A DNA stretch of 64,000 nucleotides from Escherichia coli (GTDB lineage Bacteria; Pseudomonadota; Gammaproteobacteria; Enterobacterales; Enterobacteriaceae). The notes below the pieces were generated by a model, which worked only from the letters and a program-made list of their open reading frames with translations, searched no databases and was not told the DNA's origin. The stretch lies in the NCBI RefSeq assembly GCF_013122565.1, contig NZ_CP053258.1; one strand, given 5' to 3'. Numbering within the stretch: the stretch's first letter is position 1; the number at the start of each line of letters is the position of its first letter. The position numbers and the translations under genes were made by a program. Positions 1 to 9,711 of the stretch are shown here, in pieces.

Positions 1-3000
1 CTTTGCCGTATCTTCTGCCACGGCGGTAATGGTCACCGTCACTGGCTTCATTTCGTACCCGCCATAGGTCAGGGCGTTAAATGTGAACGTATAGACACCA
101 GGCTTGCTGGTACTAAATGTACGCGTGATTTTTCCGCTCACGAAATGGTCATTTTTCGACGGCAGGAACTGATAATCCTTCTCCGTCACCCCTTCCGGCG
201 TCTGAATGTCGACCCACATATTCCCCCCAACGGGGTTGTTTGCCGACATCAGTGTCACCTCCAGCTTCGCAGTCGATTTCCCATCCGCCACCAGAGATTG
301 CACATCAGATGATGCGGTGAGTACCGCATTTTTATCATCCGCGACGAATTTAGATTCGGCAGTTTTCGTCGATACCTGACCGTTGTTCTGACTCACTTGC
401 GCCGTGAGTGTATATGTCGCCGCAACAGTAGTGGTAGCGGTGAAAATAGCCTGCCCTTGCTCATTCGTTGTCGCAGTGCCATTCGGTTCCAGGTTTAACG
501 AAGCCGGGCTGGCAGTCAGCGTCACTTCGCTATCTTTCAACAGGTTGTTATTGGCATCAGTCACCGTAACTTTATACGTTTGTTTGGCTTTGCCGTCCGC
601 CAGCGCATAGTTGCCAATCACCTCAATACCGGAGACGGTTGCGGTAGCCTTATCGGCTACAAACGTTATAGTCTGCGTATTCGAAGGCTGGCTATTCCCT
701 GCCGATGCCGTGATCTCATACGTTCCGGCAGTCACTGAAACCACCTGCAACTCTGCTTTCCCCTCATCGTTGGCTTTCACCCAGACATTATCGCCTGTAA
801 GCGGCTTGACACCCCGGGGCAGATTAAAGGTCACCAGGCTCCCTGGAACAGGGTTACCATTTTTATCCTCAACGGTCGCCGTCAGCGTAAAGGCATCTTT
901 GCCGTTTGCCACTTTTTGAACGGCGGTGTCTACCTGCAGGTTTGCCTGACCGGTGCTGGCATCCGCGTTGAATTTCACCGTGACCGTCTTCTGAGCACCA
1001 TTCACCGAAGCGGAAATATTGTGTTCTCCCGCAACCGTTGACATAAGCTCAATGTCCACTTTCCCTGCCGCATTGGTTGTTACTGTATTCCCCGTCTTGC
1101 TGGTCACACCCTGCGGTAAAGTCAGCGTAACTTCTTGCCCCTGCAACGGGTTACCATAGCTGTCCACGACGGTCAGGGTTATCTGGTTAGCAGACTGTCC
1201 ATTAGCCAGTTGGTTATTAACCTTCACTGTCATATCACGAATATCAGCCTGAGAAGCGTCCCCTGCAACGTTCAGCACCAGTGGCTGAGCAACAGCATTT
1301 TGGCCGTTCACTCGCGGCATCACAGACAACTGACCCGCAGCCGATCCCAGCGTTAAGGTCGCCACGTAGACCCCATTACCTTTCTCTGTCCAGTTTCCTG
1401 CTGAAGGACGCTCACTCCCCGTGCTGGCGGCACCGCTAAACACTGGTGCATCTGGCTTCAGCCCGGTGACCGGGTTCCCGTACGCATCCTTCACGGTGAA
1501 GGTGAGTTCCGTCGTCGTTTTGACGGTCGGAGCCTTATTGTCCGCAACAAGCGTAGAGTTCGCTGATGACATCTCTCCGGCGATGACCGTCAACTGCGCG
1601 GCTTCGGTGGCTGCTGGCTGGCCGTTGAAGAGCGGCATGACACGAAGCTCGCCCGTCTTTCCGCCTGTAGTCAACGTAGCAACATAGGAACCGTCACCTT
1701 TTTCGGTCCAACTGGAAACGGTCGCCCCTTCAGAGGCGGTCCCCGTCAAACTTGCCGACAACGCAAGACCACTGATAGCGTTGCCATGCGCATCTTTCGC
1801 CACCAGCATCACGGTTGTGCTTTCGCCGGCTTTTACGTGATCTTCTGCGACAGAGACTTTCGACTGGTTTGAAGATAACGCATCAGCCACCACGGTTACT
1901 TTTGCCGCATTTGCTGCCGCATCCTGTCCATTTAGCTTCGGCATAACTTCTAATTCACCCGCCGTAGAGCCGAGAGTAATCTGCGCAGTCCACGTCCCAT
2001 CACCATTATTTGTCCAGCCCGATGCCGTAGAACCTACAGCAGCGGCACCCGCTAATGACGGCGCTTCCGGCGTGAGGCTGGTCACAGGGTTGTCATAGGC
2101 ATCTTTTACCGTCCAGATTGCCGTAACTGTACCCCCAACCACCGGTTTATCAGGATTCAGGGTGATGGACGAATGTGCTGCATCAAGCGGCCCGGCAACA
2201 AACTTCAGCGTTTGTTGTAATGTGCCCAGCTGATACTGCTCGCTGAAGGCACGCACAACAACATTTCCTGCGCGAGTCGAAGAAACCGTAGCGCTGTAAA
2301 CCCCTGGTTTTATTTCCGAAATGGCACCAACGGTAACACCATTAATGTCTTGCGGAACAAGTCGCAGGCGGCTGGCTTCTCCCGTCACCGGATTACCCTC
2401 GGAGTCCACCGCAGTCAACGTCAACGTATAGGCTTGCTGACCATCAGCAACCACGTCACCTGACGGCTCGTTAGCGCTCAGGGTGGAGTTTGCCACATCC
2501 ATCATCGTGGCCCGCAGTTCTGCAGTGACGGTTTTGCTCATGCCATCAACGCTAACAGTAATCGTTGCCTCACCTGACTGCGTTCCGGTAGTAAAGACAG
2601 ACTGATACACCCCTGCTTCAGTTTCGGTGAACTCACCCAGTGTTGGCTTTGCCTGTGATTTAGTGGACTTCAGGGAACGAGTCACAATATTTCCAGCCGG
2701 TTTGAAGGCTAGTTCAGTCTTGATCTGATCTTTCATGCCCGTGACTGGCTGGCCCTCGGCGTCGCGCAGAGACAGCACCAGCGGTCTTTGCTCATTACCG
2801 TTAGCAAGCATTTGAATACGGCTCTGACCGTCAAGCGTTAACGCCGTGCGATCGGCACTCATACCTGCTCCGGTAATGACCACCTCTGTCTGCACGCGTT
2901 TTGAGGCATTGCCTTTGTTATCGTAGGCAACCGCAGAAATCGCATAATAATTGTCTTTGCCTGCCTGGTAAGCCGGGAGCGTCACTTGCCACTGATTACC

Positions 3001-4233
3001 CTGCCCCGTAATTTTTCCGCCTGCGGCCAGCAAAGACGGCGCTTCCCATTGAACATTTTTCAGACCGTGAGTTGCTTTACTCACCACAAGCCCCAGGGAA
3101 ACCGTCTGCCCGCCCTTGCCTTCAATACGTTCAGGCAGAGCAATACGGATCACTTCAGATTTGCGGTACTCAAGAACGATGTTGTTATTACGCTCAACCA
3201 GGTCATAGCGGCTGCCTGCCAGCATTCGACGCTCGCGAATGCTGTCTGTATCGAGTTGTTTTTGCAGAGGTTCGCCAATCCGATAATTAACTTCCAGGCC
3301 AAAGCGAGTGTCATTCTCACCACTCTTGCCCTGCTTATGCCCGGCACTCAGGGTCAGAAGAGGCACTGGCGTATAGGTCACCTCGGCAGAAATAGCATGC
3401 GGGTCTTTCTGGCGTTTATCTTTACCAAACAGCCCGACTTCATCGCCATAATACTGTTCATACATCAGGCTTGCGCCAAGCTGCGGCCAGGCGGGTAAAT
3501 AGCCCTCAGCACGAATATCCCAGCCATTCGCCGGGCGTTCCTGATAATCCTCAACATCCGGCGATTTTTTCCAGCCAGAAGCCCGGATATAACCATTGGC
3601 GCTCAGTTTCAAATAATCACGCCAGTATTCCGCACCAACACCAATGCGGGTATGACTACGGGATAAATCATGGTCGATAAAGGTGTTCACCCCCGCCATC
3701 CAGTCATTTCCTGAAAAATGACGCCAGCCAAAACCAATATTTGACTGAGTGCGATCATCTGTACGATGTATTGCCCCCTGAGTGAACAACATATTTGTCG
3801 GCGTATCATAAATAGGATAAAGCATTTCCAGAGAAGAATCCTTCAGCGAGAAATCTTTATCGACATTGAGTTTGACGCGCGCAGTACCGTATTTCCCGAG
3901 CCACTCCTGTATTTCCTGGTTAGCTTTAGCGGTGGCCATTCCGGTAATAAAGTTACGTGTCGCATCGCTATCTGGCTGACTGCTTAAAAAATTCCCAGCA
4001 TTTGCGGCAAACGACGCGACATTTTTCTCCACATTATTATCAGCAGCTACTGTGGTATTTTCCATGCTCAACCGTGGCTGAACCGCATGCTGCGCGCGTG
4101 CCGCCATTACTGGGGTAAAGGTGACCGCGAGTGGAAAAAGAACCTGAACAGAGATATTTGCCCACGCCACACAGCGGGCCAGAACTGAATAACGAAATCG
4201 TGGTTGTTTATGACCTGTTTTATAACGCGACAT
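1..4233 (-). CDS. eaeH: Intimin/invasin-like inverse-autotransporter adhesin with tandem bacterial Ig-like (Big) domains (EaeH/FdeC-like); start ATG at 4233-4231, 3' end runs off the window (>=1411 codons in window)
   Basis: Hand translation of minus strand from ATG at 4233 (AGGAAA RBS ~10 nt upstream) gives MSRYKTGHKQPRFRYSVLARCVAWANISVQVLFPLAVTF... then a beta-barrel-like region (GFGWRHFSGNDWMAGVNTFIDHD...) and many ~100-aa repeats of the type ...TLTVVDSYGNPLQGQEVTLTLPQG.... The ORF track omits it because it has no stop in the window. Frame continuity to position 1 was not checked codon by codon. Confidence 0.8.
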   Translation of the reverse strand, partial: MSRYKTGHKQPRFRYSVLARCVAWANISVQVLFPLAVTFTPVMAARAQHAVQPRLSMENTTVAADNNVEKNVASFAANAGNFLSSQPDSDATRNFITGMATAKANQEIQEWLGKYGTARVKLNVDKDFSLKDSSLEMLYPIYDTPTNMLFTQGAIHRTDDRTQSNIGFGWRHFSGNDWMAGVNTFIDHDLSRSHTRIGVGAEYWRDYLKLSANGYIRASGWKKSPDVEDYQERPANGWDIRAEGYLPAWPQLGASLMYEQYYGDEVGLFGKDKRQKDPHAISAEVTYTPVPLLTLSAGHKQGKSGENDTRFGLEVNYRIGEPLQKQLDTDSIRERRMLAGSRYDLVERNNNIVLEYRKSEVIRIALPERIEGKGGQTVSLGLVVSKATHGLKNVQWEAPSLLAAGGKITGQGNQWQVTLPAYQAGKDNYYAISAVAYDNKGNASKRVQTEVVITGAGMSADRTALTLDGQSRIQMLANGNEQRPLVLSLRDAEGQPVTGMKDQIKTELAFKPAGNIVTRSLKSTKSQAKPTLGEFTETEAGVYQSVFTTGTQSGEATITVSVDGMSKTVTAELRATMMDVANSTLSANEPSGDVVADGQQAYTLTLTAVDSEGNPVTGEASRLRLVPQDINGVTVGAISEIKPGVYSATVSSTRAGNVVVRAFSEQYQLGTLQQTLKFVAGPLDAAHSSITLNPDKPVVGGTVTAIWTVKDAYDNPVTSLTPEAPSLAGAAAVGSTASGWTNNGDGTWTAQITLGSTAGELEVMPKLNGQDAAANAAKVTVVADALSSNQSKVSVAEDHVKAGESTTVMLVAKDAHGNAISGLALSASLTGTASEGATVSSWTEKGDGSYVATLTTGGKTGELRVMPLFNGQPAATEAAQLTVIAGEMSSANSTLVADNKAPTVKTTTELTFTVKDAYGNPVTGLKPDAPVFSGAASTGSERPSAGNWTEKGNGVYVATLTLGSAAGQLSVMPRVNGQNAVAQPLVLNVAGDASQADIRDMTVKVNNQLANGQSANQITLTVVDSYGNPLQGQEVTLTLPQGVTSKTGNTVTTNAAGKVDIELMSTVAGEHNISASVNGAQKTVTVKFNADASTGQANLQVDTAVQKVANGKDAFTLTATVEDKNGNPVPGSLVTFNLPRGVKPLTGDNVWVKANDEGKAELQVVSVTAGTYEITASAGNSQPSNTQTITFVADKATATVSGIEVIGNYALADGKAKQTYKVTVTDANNNLLKDSEVTLTASPASLNLEPNGTATTNEQGQAIFTATTTVAATYTLTAQVSQNNGQVSTKTAESKFVADDKNAVLTASSDVQSLVADGKSTAKLEVTLMSANNPVGGNMWVDIQTPEGVTEKDYQFLPSKNDHFVSGKITRTFSTSKPGVYTFTFNALTYGGYEMKPVTVTITAVAEDTAK

Positions 4234-5128
4234 TGAGATAATTTCCTGATGAACGAATTAACGAACATATGCAGACACAAATAATGGCGTCTGCTTGTCA
4301 GAAAAACCGGGAATTTCCCGGTTTCCTTTTCCGCAGAAAAGGAAATACCTTTATGTAAGAAAGTGCACCGCCACCTAATATATTCAGTGTCTGTAGCCAC
4401 TCATCAGGTGGTTGGGCGCGGGATTATATTTTTATTTATGGGTGAAAATTTAGCTTTTTGTGCAAGTCATTAAAGTATGATTGTCACACTATATTCTCCG
4501 TTTAAATACAGTGAATATATTTTTATTTAAAGTGAATAATGATGTTCTGCTTTTAGTGACCACGATTAGAATTACGCCTAAAGAGGTATATGTTCATAAT
4601 AAGCCAATATTTTTTAAGGGTATTTATTTTCTTTCATCGGGCTATAAAATCCCGAAATATCGGATTTGCACAGCACCGATCAACAGTGCTTAAGCAGGCG
4701 GGTGCTGTTTACGACCAGGATAGTTAAGATAATATCCGGGAAAAGTTGGACATCAGCCCTGTAGAACCTGAATAAGTTCGCCTGACTTTACATAATCATG
4801 AACCGCGTTTTCGGAGCCACAGGCGGTACCAAAGTAAAAGGCTGGTGATGGGTACCTTTAGCCGAATCAGGTAGAAGTCATGAAATTCCCCCCTTAATCC
4901 ACAGCGTGTTCCTGAACTAACCATTCCGGATAGACTATTGGATCAAATTCAGGCATCGAAAGGAACAGGCTGTTTCCCGTTAAGGGATTAATTATCTATT
5001 TTCCTTAATAGATAACTGATGTAATACCTCTATTCAAATTTGTGATACATGTCAAAAAATTGGTTGACCAAACTCGTTATTTATATAAGGACACTTACGA
5101 AGTGCATTTTTAAAGCGAGGAAGTACCA

Positions 5129-5230
5129 ATGAAAGAGAATAAAGTACAGCAAATCAGTCATAAACTGATCAATATCGTTGTTTTTGTTGCAATAGTAGAA
5201 TACGCCTATTTATTTCTCCATTTCTATTAA
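5129..5230 (+). CDS. Small hydrophobic 33-aa protein (MKENKVQQISHKLINIVVFVAIVEYAYLFLHFY), predicted single-TM small membrane protein
   Basis: ATG preceded by GAGGAAG 8 nt upstream; polar N-terminus followed by one hydrophobic helix; inside an AT-rich intergenic region. Resembles the class of small membrane proteins annotated in the E. coli ykg region (possibly ykgR-like, from memory only). Confidence 0.4.
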   Translation: MKENKVQQISHKLINIVVFVAIVEYAYLFLHFY

Positions 5231-5290
5231 TAACGGCAATAAACTGTTCACTTTAGTGATATTTAAAATATGCATCCTTTTTCTGCTTTT

Positions 5291-5320
5291 CAAGCTGTTC
5301 AAGCTGTTCAAGCTGTTCAG
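5291..5320. repeat. Tandem repeat, 3.3 copies of the 9-bp unit CAAGCTGTT
   Basis: caagctgtt caagctgtt caagctgtt cag read directly in the AT-rich spacer. Confidence 0.9.
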
Positions 5321-5657
5321 CGGCGTAAGAGAAAGTATTGAGTATGAATTCGACGATTTAACCATATCTGTTTGATTGGTAATCATCCGTGATTAATGCT
5401 GGTCTATTGATTACGCCAGCATTAACCGCTTAGGGATGTATTCTTCCTGTTCATATACAGCCCTCGAAAAAGAGAGCAAATAAAACTGTGTCCAATATTA
5501 CTCTACCACTCCAGACCGAAGTATCGGTAGAATTAGCAGAACGGCTGGTACAGTAGATTGGGATAGCGTCATTTGTCAGGCATTCCATTGCCATAATAAT
5601 AATTATGAATCAATAGACGTGCTTCTTGATCATGTCTTAAAAATTATACCACGAGCC

Positions 5658-5888
5658 TTATGAAGCATCATTTTTACTGACTGGTGTTAACTTTGCTATC
5701 ATATAAACTCTGTTCTTAAAAAACGCGCCCAGAATTTTATATGATTTTCCTTGTTTTTCTGCCTGTAAAGAAATTTCTTTTTCAGTGCTGTCAATGGTTG
5801 AACCGACGGCAGTAATCGTTTTGGCGACGCTACTGAAAGATAATAAAGACAGTGTCATCACAACAATTAAAGAACAGATAGTATTCAT
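5658..5888 (-). CDS. Small secreted protein, DUF1471/YhcN-like (signal peptide + ~55-aa mature domain)
   Basis: ORF track 5658..5930; internal Met gives MNTICSLIVVMTLSLLSFSSVA (signal-peptide-like) then ...AEKQGKSYKILGAFFKNRVYMIAKL, matching the pattern of YahO/YjfY-type small periplasmic stress proteins. Start chosen at the internal Met; the printed sequence and ORF track appear to disagree by 1 nt here. Confidence 0.4.
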   Translation of the reverse strand: MNTICSLIVVMTLSLLSFSSVAKTITAVGSTIDSTEKEISLQAEKQGKSYKILGAFFKNRVYMIAKLTPVSKNDAS

Positions 5889-6103
5889 GCTAATTCTCCT
5901 GACAATTGAGAGGATGAGTTTTATATACATAGATATTAAACATGAGTCATATTTACTCCAAGAGAAAATACCCCTTCTGTAATTAAACCTTCATCTCCTT
6001 CGGAATGAGTAATGCATAATATAATGCATCTTGCTATGCAAAACAGTGGATATAAATTTTCCTCCCGACCTATTTAATAAAACGTGAATGTAAAAGTTAT
6101 TCT

Positions 6104-6841
6104 TCAGTTTGCAGATGCAGTGGGTCTGATGGTAATTTCGGTTGTATCAACGCTTTCGGGCGATTCAATAATATGCCTTACAGCACGGGCAATATCCGCA
6201 GGTTGAAGTGCAACAGAACGGTAGACATCCATTGCCTTCATGGTTTCCACATGGGTAATGGTTGAAGCCAGTTCACTTTCGACAACGCCAGGATTTACGC
6301 ATGTCACACGGATTTTCGAGCTTTCCTGCCGTAAGCCATCAGAAATAGCCCTTACTGCAAATTTTGATGCGCAATAGACTGCGCCTGTGGGCACAACAGA
6401 AAGGGCACCAATAGAACCAAGATTGATTATCTGACCGGAACCCTGTGCTTCCATCACCGGAAGTACAGCGCCAATTCCCCAAAGTACACCTTTGATATTC
6501 ACGTCTATAGTGAGCTCCCATTCATCCTGTTTTCCTGCTGCAAGCGGTGAAAGCGGCATAACGCCCGCATTATTGATAAGAACATCAACTCGCCCCCAGC
6601 TATCCAGCGCTGCTTGCACGAAATCGGCCATGGACTGTCGGTTTGTGACATCCAACTCCCGCGCTTTAGCAATTCCTCCTGCGCGGCAGATTTCGGTTGC
6701 AATGGCTTCGATACGCTCAACTCTGCGTGCGCCCAGTAAAACCTTTGCACCTGTCGTTCCCAGCGCTCTGGCAATACCTTCCCCAATACCACTTGATGCG
6801 CCGGTAATTAATATGACCTTATCCATTACGTTCTCCTTCAA
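6104..6841 (-). CDS. Short-chain dehydrogenase/reductase (classical SDR)
   Basis: ITGASSGIG Rossmann motif near N-terminus, NNAG, YCASK catalytic motif; 245 aa (alternative start at MDKVILITG). Confidence 0.85.
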   Translation of the reverse strand: MKENVMDKVILITGASSGIGEGIARALGTTGAKVLLGARRVERIEAIATEICRAGGIAKARELDVTNRQSMADFVQAALDSWGRVDVLINNAGVMPLSPLAAGKQDEWELTIDVNIKGVLWGIGAVLPVMEAQGSGQIINLGSIGALSVVPTGAVYCASKFAVRAISDGLRQESSKIRVTCVNPGVVESELASTITHVETMKAMDVYRSVALQPADIARAVRHIIESPESVDTTEITIRPTASAN

Positions 6842-6924
6842 ATGTGTTCGGAGAGAGAATAGAACTTTATGATTGGTTCCAGTATCCTGCTTTCAATGTA
6901 CTCAGTGGTTAGCGGCATTAAACA

Positions 6925-7824
6925 ATGAAAATCGATCTTAATCTTTTACCCATTTTTATCGCGGTAGCAGAAGAGAGTAATTTTAGTAAAGCCGCCGCAC
7001 GACTGGGCGTTACCCGTTCAGCGGTCAGTCAGGGAATAAGACGCCTTGAAGATGCATTCGGGACAATGCTTGTAATGCGGACCACGCGCTCAGTTAATTT
7101 GACGGAAGCGGGAGAACGGCTGCATAAATCGTTGTCATTACCTTTATCCGGTATTGAGGCAACGTTCGAAGAGATGGTTTCTGACCATGTGCCACGCGGA
7201 CTTCTCAGAATCGCGGTGACGTCGATAGCAGAAGAATTTCTTTCAGGTCCGCTAATCGCTTCGTTTGCAGCTGCCAATCCAGCCGTTACGCTTGATATTG
7301 TTGTAACGGATGAGGAATTCGATATCGTGGCCGCAGGTTACGATGCTGGCGTAAGGCTCGGAGAGGTCATTGAAAAAGACATGATTGCTGTGCCCATTAC
7401 CGGCAGGCAGCGTGAAATGGTCGTTGCCTCTCCCTCCTATCTCGCAGCCAACAGCACTCCTGTTCATCCGCGTGAACTTGTGAATCATAAGTGTATCGGC
7501 TGGCGTCAGTCCCCGGAGGTTGCGCCTTATCGCTGGCCATTTGAAGAAAACGGGAGAGCTTTCGACCTTGCGATTGAACCGCAGATTACGACTAATGATC
7601 TGCGTCTGATGTTGCGGCTGGCTCTTGCCGGTGGAGGAATAACAATTGCCACTCAGGAAACTTTCAGGCCGTATATTGAAAGCGGTAAGCTTGTATCGCT
7701 GCTTGATGACTTTCTTCCACAATTTCCGGGCTTCTATCTGTATTTCCCACAGCGTCGCAATATTGCACCAAAGCTCCGCGCCCTGATTGACCACGTCAAA
7801 GAATGGCGGCAGCAATTGACTTAA
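6925..7824 (+). CDS. LysR-family transcriptional regulator, divergent from the SDR gene
   Basis: N-terminal HTH (LNLLPIFIAVAEESNFSKAAARLGVTRSAVSQGIRRLE), 299 aa, LysR substrate-binding-like C-terminus; divergent 83-bp intergenic region with the SDR gene. Confidence 0.9.
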   Translation: MKIDLNLLPIFIAVAEESNFSKAAARLGVTRSAVSQGIRRLEDAFGTMLVMRTTRSVNLTEAGERLHKSLSLPLSGIEATFEEMVSDHVPRGLLRIAVTSIAEEFLSGPLIASFAAANPAVTLDIVVTDEEFDIVAAGYDAGVRLGEVIEKDMIAVPITGRQREMVVASPSYLAANSTPVHPRELVNHKCIGWRQSPEVAPYRWPFEENGRAFDLAIEPQITTNDLRLMLRLALAGGGITIATQETFRPYIESGKLVSLLDDFLPQFPGFYLYFPQRRNIAPKLRALIDHVKEWRQQLT

Positions 7825-8389
7825 ATGTCTGCACCTGCACGGCCTGATGTCAGAACAATATTTTGATGAATTGCCTACACCAGCTAGCCGCAGCACATTC
7901 TTGCATACGACATGTCTGCGGTTTACTTTTCACGCTCAAACCTTATGGTAAAGCACAATAATGATCCCCAGGGCTATATAAATGTTTTGTAATTAGCTCT
8001 TAAGACGAACTTTTCAGACTAACTTCTTTATTCATCCATAATGAAGACTGTATTAGGAAGTTCTCTAAAAACATGAATAACCACTGTCTTACAATGAATT
8101 TAGTTTACAGAACATTCTTATTGAGAAAAAACAACACTGTACACACCCAATAATATAGAAATGTAAATTTAAGTTTATTAATCTTTTGAATTATAATCAT
8201 AACTTTCTGTTAACCATTAGAATATCAATAGATTATAATCACTGAACACACATTTTTATAATTGCTATTCCCACACTCAAAATGCGCATCCCAATATCTT
8301 ATTTGACACTTTGTTGTTTGCTACTAGAGTTAATTGGGTGCTGACAAGGCACATGTTATTTACAAATTGGAAATCAGAGGAGAAATGAT

Positions 8390-8572
8390 ATGACCGAACA
8401 TCGTGGCGGTGCAGGTAATTTCGCTGAAGATCGACAAAAAGCTTCTGACGCAGGTCGTAAAGGTGGCCAACAAAGTGGTGGTAATTTTAAAAACGATCCA
8501 CAAAGAGCATCAGAAGCAGGGAAAAAAGGTGGTCAGAATAGCCATGGCGGCGGTCGTAAATCTGACTCTTAA
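8390..8572 (+). CDS. yciG: YciG/YmdF-like KGG-repeat general stress protein
   Basis: 60 aa, repeated GG..K...A.EAG.KGGQ motifs (RKGGQQSGGNF, KKGGQNSHGGGRK); preceded by 560 bp of AT-rich non-coding DNA; RBS GGAGAA. Confidence 0.8.
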   Translation: MTEHRGGAGNFAEDRQKASDAGRKGGQQSGGNFKNDPQRASEAGKKGGQNSHGGGRKSDS

Positions 8573-8645
8573 TTTTTCATCTCCCTAAATTCGTGAATAA
8601 CTGCAGCTAACTGCGAGCCTACGGGCTCGCAGGGACAACTCTGGA

Positions 8646-9152
8646 GTGATTATGCAAATTAAATCTGTTGAAGATATCTTCATCCATTTATTATCTGACA
8701 CATATAGTGCTGAGAAACAACTAACCAAGGCACTATCTAAACTTACTCGCTCCGCATATAGTGATAAATTAACCGCTGCTTTTCAGTCACATCTTGATGA
8801 GACACATGGTCAAATTGAACGCATCGACCAGGTTGTTGATTCTGAAGATGGTATTAAACTAAAAAGAATTAAGTGCGCCGCAATGGAAGGCCTTATTGAA
8901 GAGGCGAATGAGGTAATTGAAAGCACTGACAAAAATGAAATACGTGATGCTGCGTTGATTGCAGCAGCACAAAAAGTAGAACACTATGAAATTGCCAGTT
9001 ATGGCACCCTGGTAACACTTGCTGAGCAATTAGGATTTAAAAAAGCGGCTCAACTCCTGAAAGAAACTCTGGAAGAGGAAAAAGCTACTGATGTCAAATT
9101 AACAGACCTGGCATTTAATAATGTTAATAAAAAAGCTCAGGATAACTCCTGA
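8646..9152 (+). CDS. yciF: YciF-like DUF892 ferritin-like stress protein
   Basis: 168 aa; paralogous to the next gene; operon order yciG-yciF-yciE as in the known yciGFE(-katN) stress operon. Confidence 0.8.
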   Translation: MIMQIKSVEDIFIHLLSDTYSAEKQLTKALSKLTRSAYSDKLTAAFQSHLDETHGQIERIDQVVDSEDGIKLKRIKCAAMEGLIEEANEVIESTDKNEIRDAALIAAAQKVEHYEIASYGTLVTLAEQLGFKKAAQLLKETLEEEKATDVKLTDLAFNNVNKKAQDNS

Positions 9153-9186
9153 ACTATAGACTTCACTTTTTTAGGAGAAATATATT

Positions 9187-9693
9187 ATGAATAGCATTGA
9201 ACATTATCATGACTGGCTTCGTGACGCACACGCAATGGAGAAACAAGCGGAATCAATGTTGGAGTCTATGGCCAGCAGGATAGAAAACTATCCTGAGTTA
9301 CGTTCCAGAATTGAGCAGCACATTAGCGAAACAAAGAACCAGCTTTCACAGCTTGAAAGCATACTTGATCGTAATAATATTTCTCGCTCTGTCATTAAAG
9401 ACTCTATGAGTAAAATGGCCGCGTTTGGGCAATCTATTGGTGGAATTTTTCCATCTGATGAAATTGTCAAAGGTTCGATCAGTGGCTATGTTTTTGAACA
9501 ATTTGAAATTGCGTGCTACACATCTCTTCTCGCAGCAGCCAAAAATGCGGGTGATACAGCTTCAGTACCAATTATTGAAGCAATTCTTAATGAAGAAAAA
9601 CAAATGGCTGAATGGCTTCTTAACCATATTCCAGACACCACTGAGCAGTTTATGGTCAGATCTGAAATTGATGGCGCTGAAGCAAAAAAATAA
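9187..9693 (+). CDS. yciE: YciE-like DUF892 ferritin-like stress protein
   Basis: 168 aa, MNSIEHYHDWLRDAHAMEKQAESMLESMASRIENYPEL...; tight spacing to flanking genes. Confidence 0.8.
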   Translation: MNSIEHYHDWLRDAHAMEKQAESMLESMASRIENYPELRSRIEQHISETKNQLSQLESILDRNNISRSVIKDSMSKMAAFGQSIGGIFPSDEIVKGSISGYVFEQFEIACYTSLLAAAKNAGDTASVPIIEAILNEEKQMAEWLLNHIPDTTEQFMVRSEIDGAEAKK

Positions 9694-9711
9694 TTCTTTA
9701 GAGGAGGAATT

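Noticed and set aside
404-3680. Plus-strand ORFs of 60-170 aa within 1-4233 (404..610, 611..919, 1135..1356, 1421..1687, 2986..3498, 3471..3680)
   Set aside because: All lie inside the continuous minus-strand adhesin reading frame and lack recognisable motifs or start contexts.
8403-8588. Alternative 61-aa frame overlapping yciG
   Set aside because: The overlapping frame lacks the KGG repeat signature that makes the 8390 frame recognisable, and has no separate RBS.
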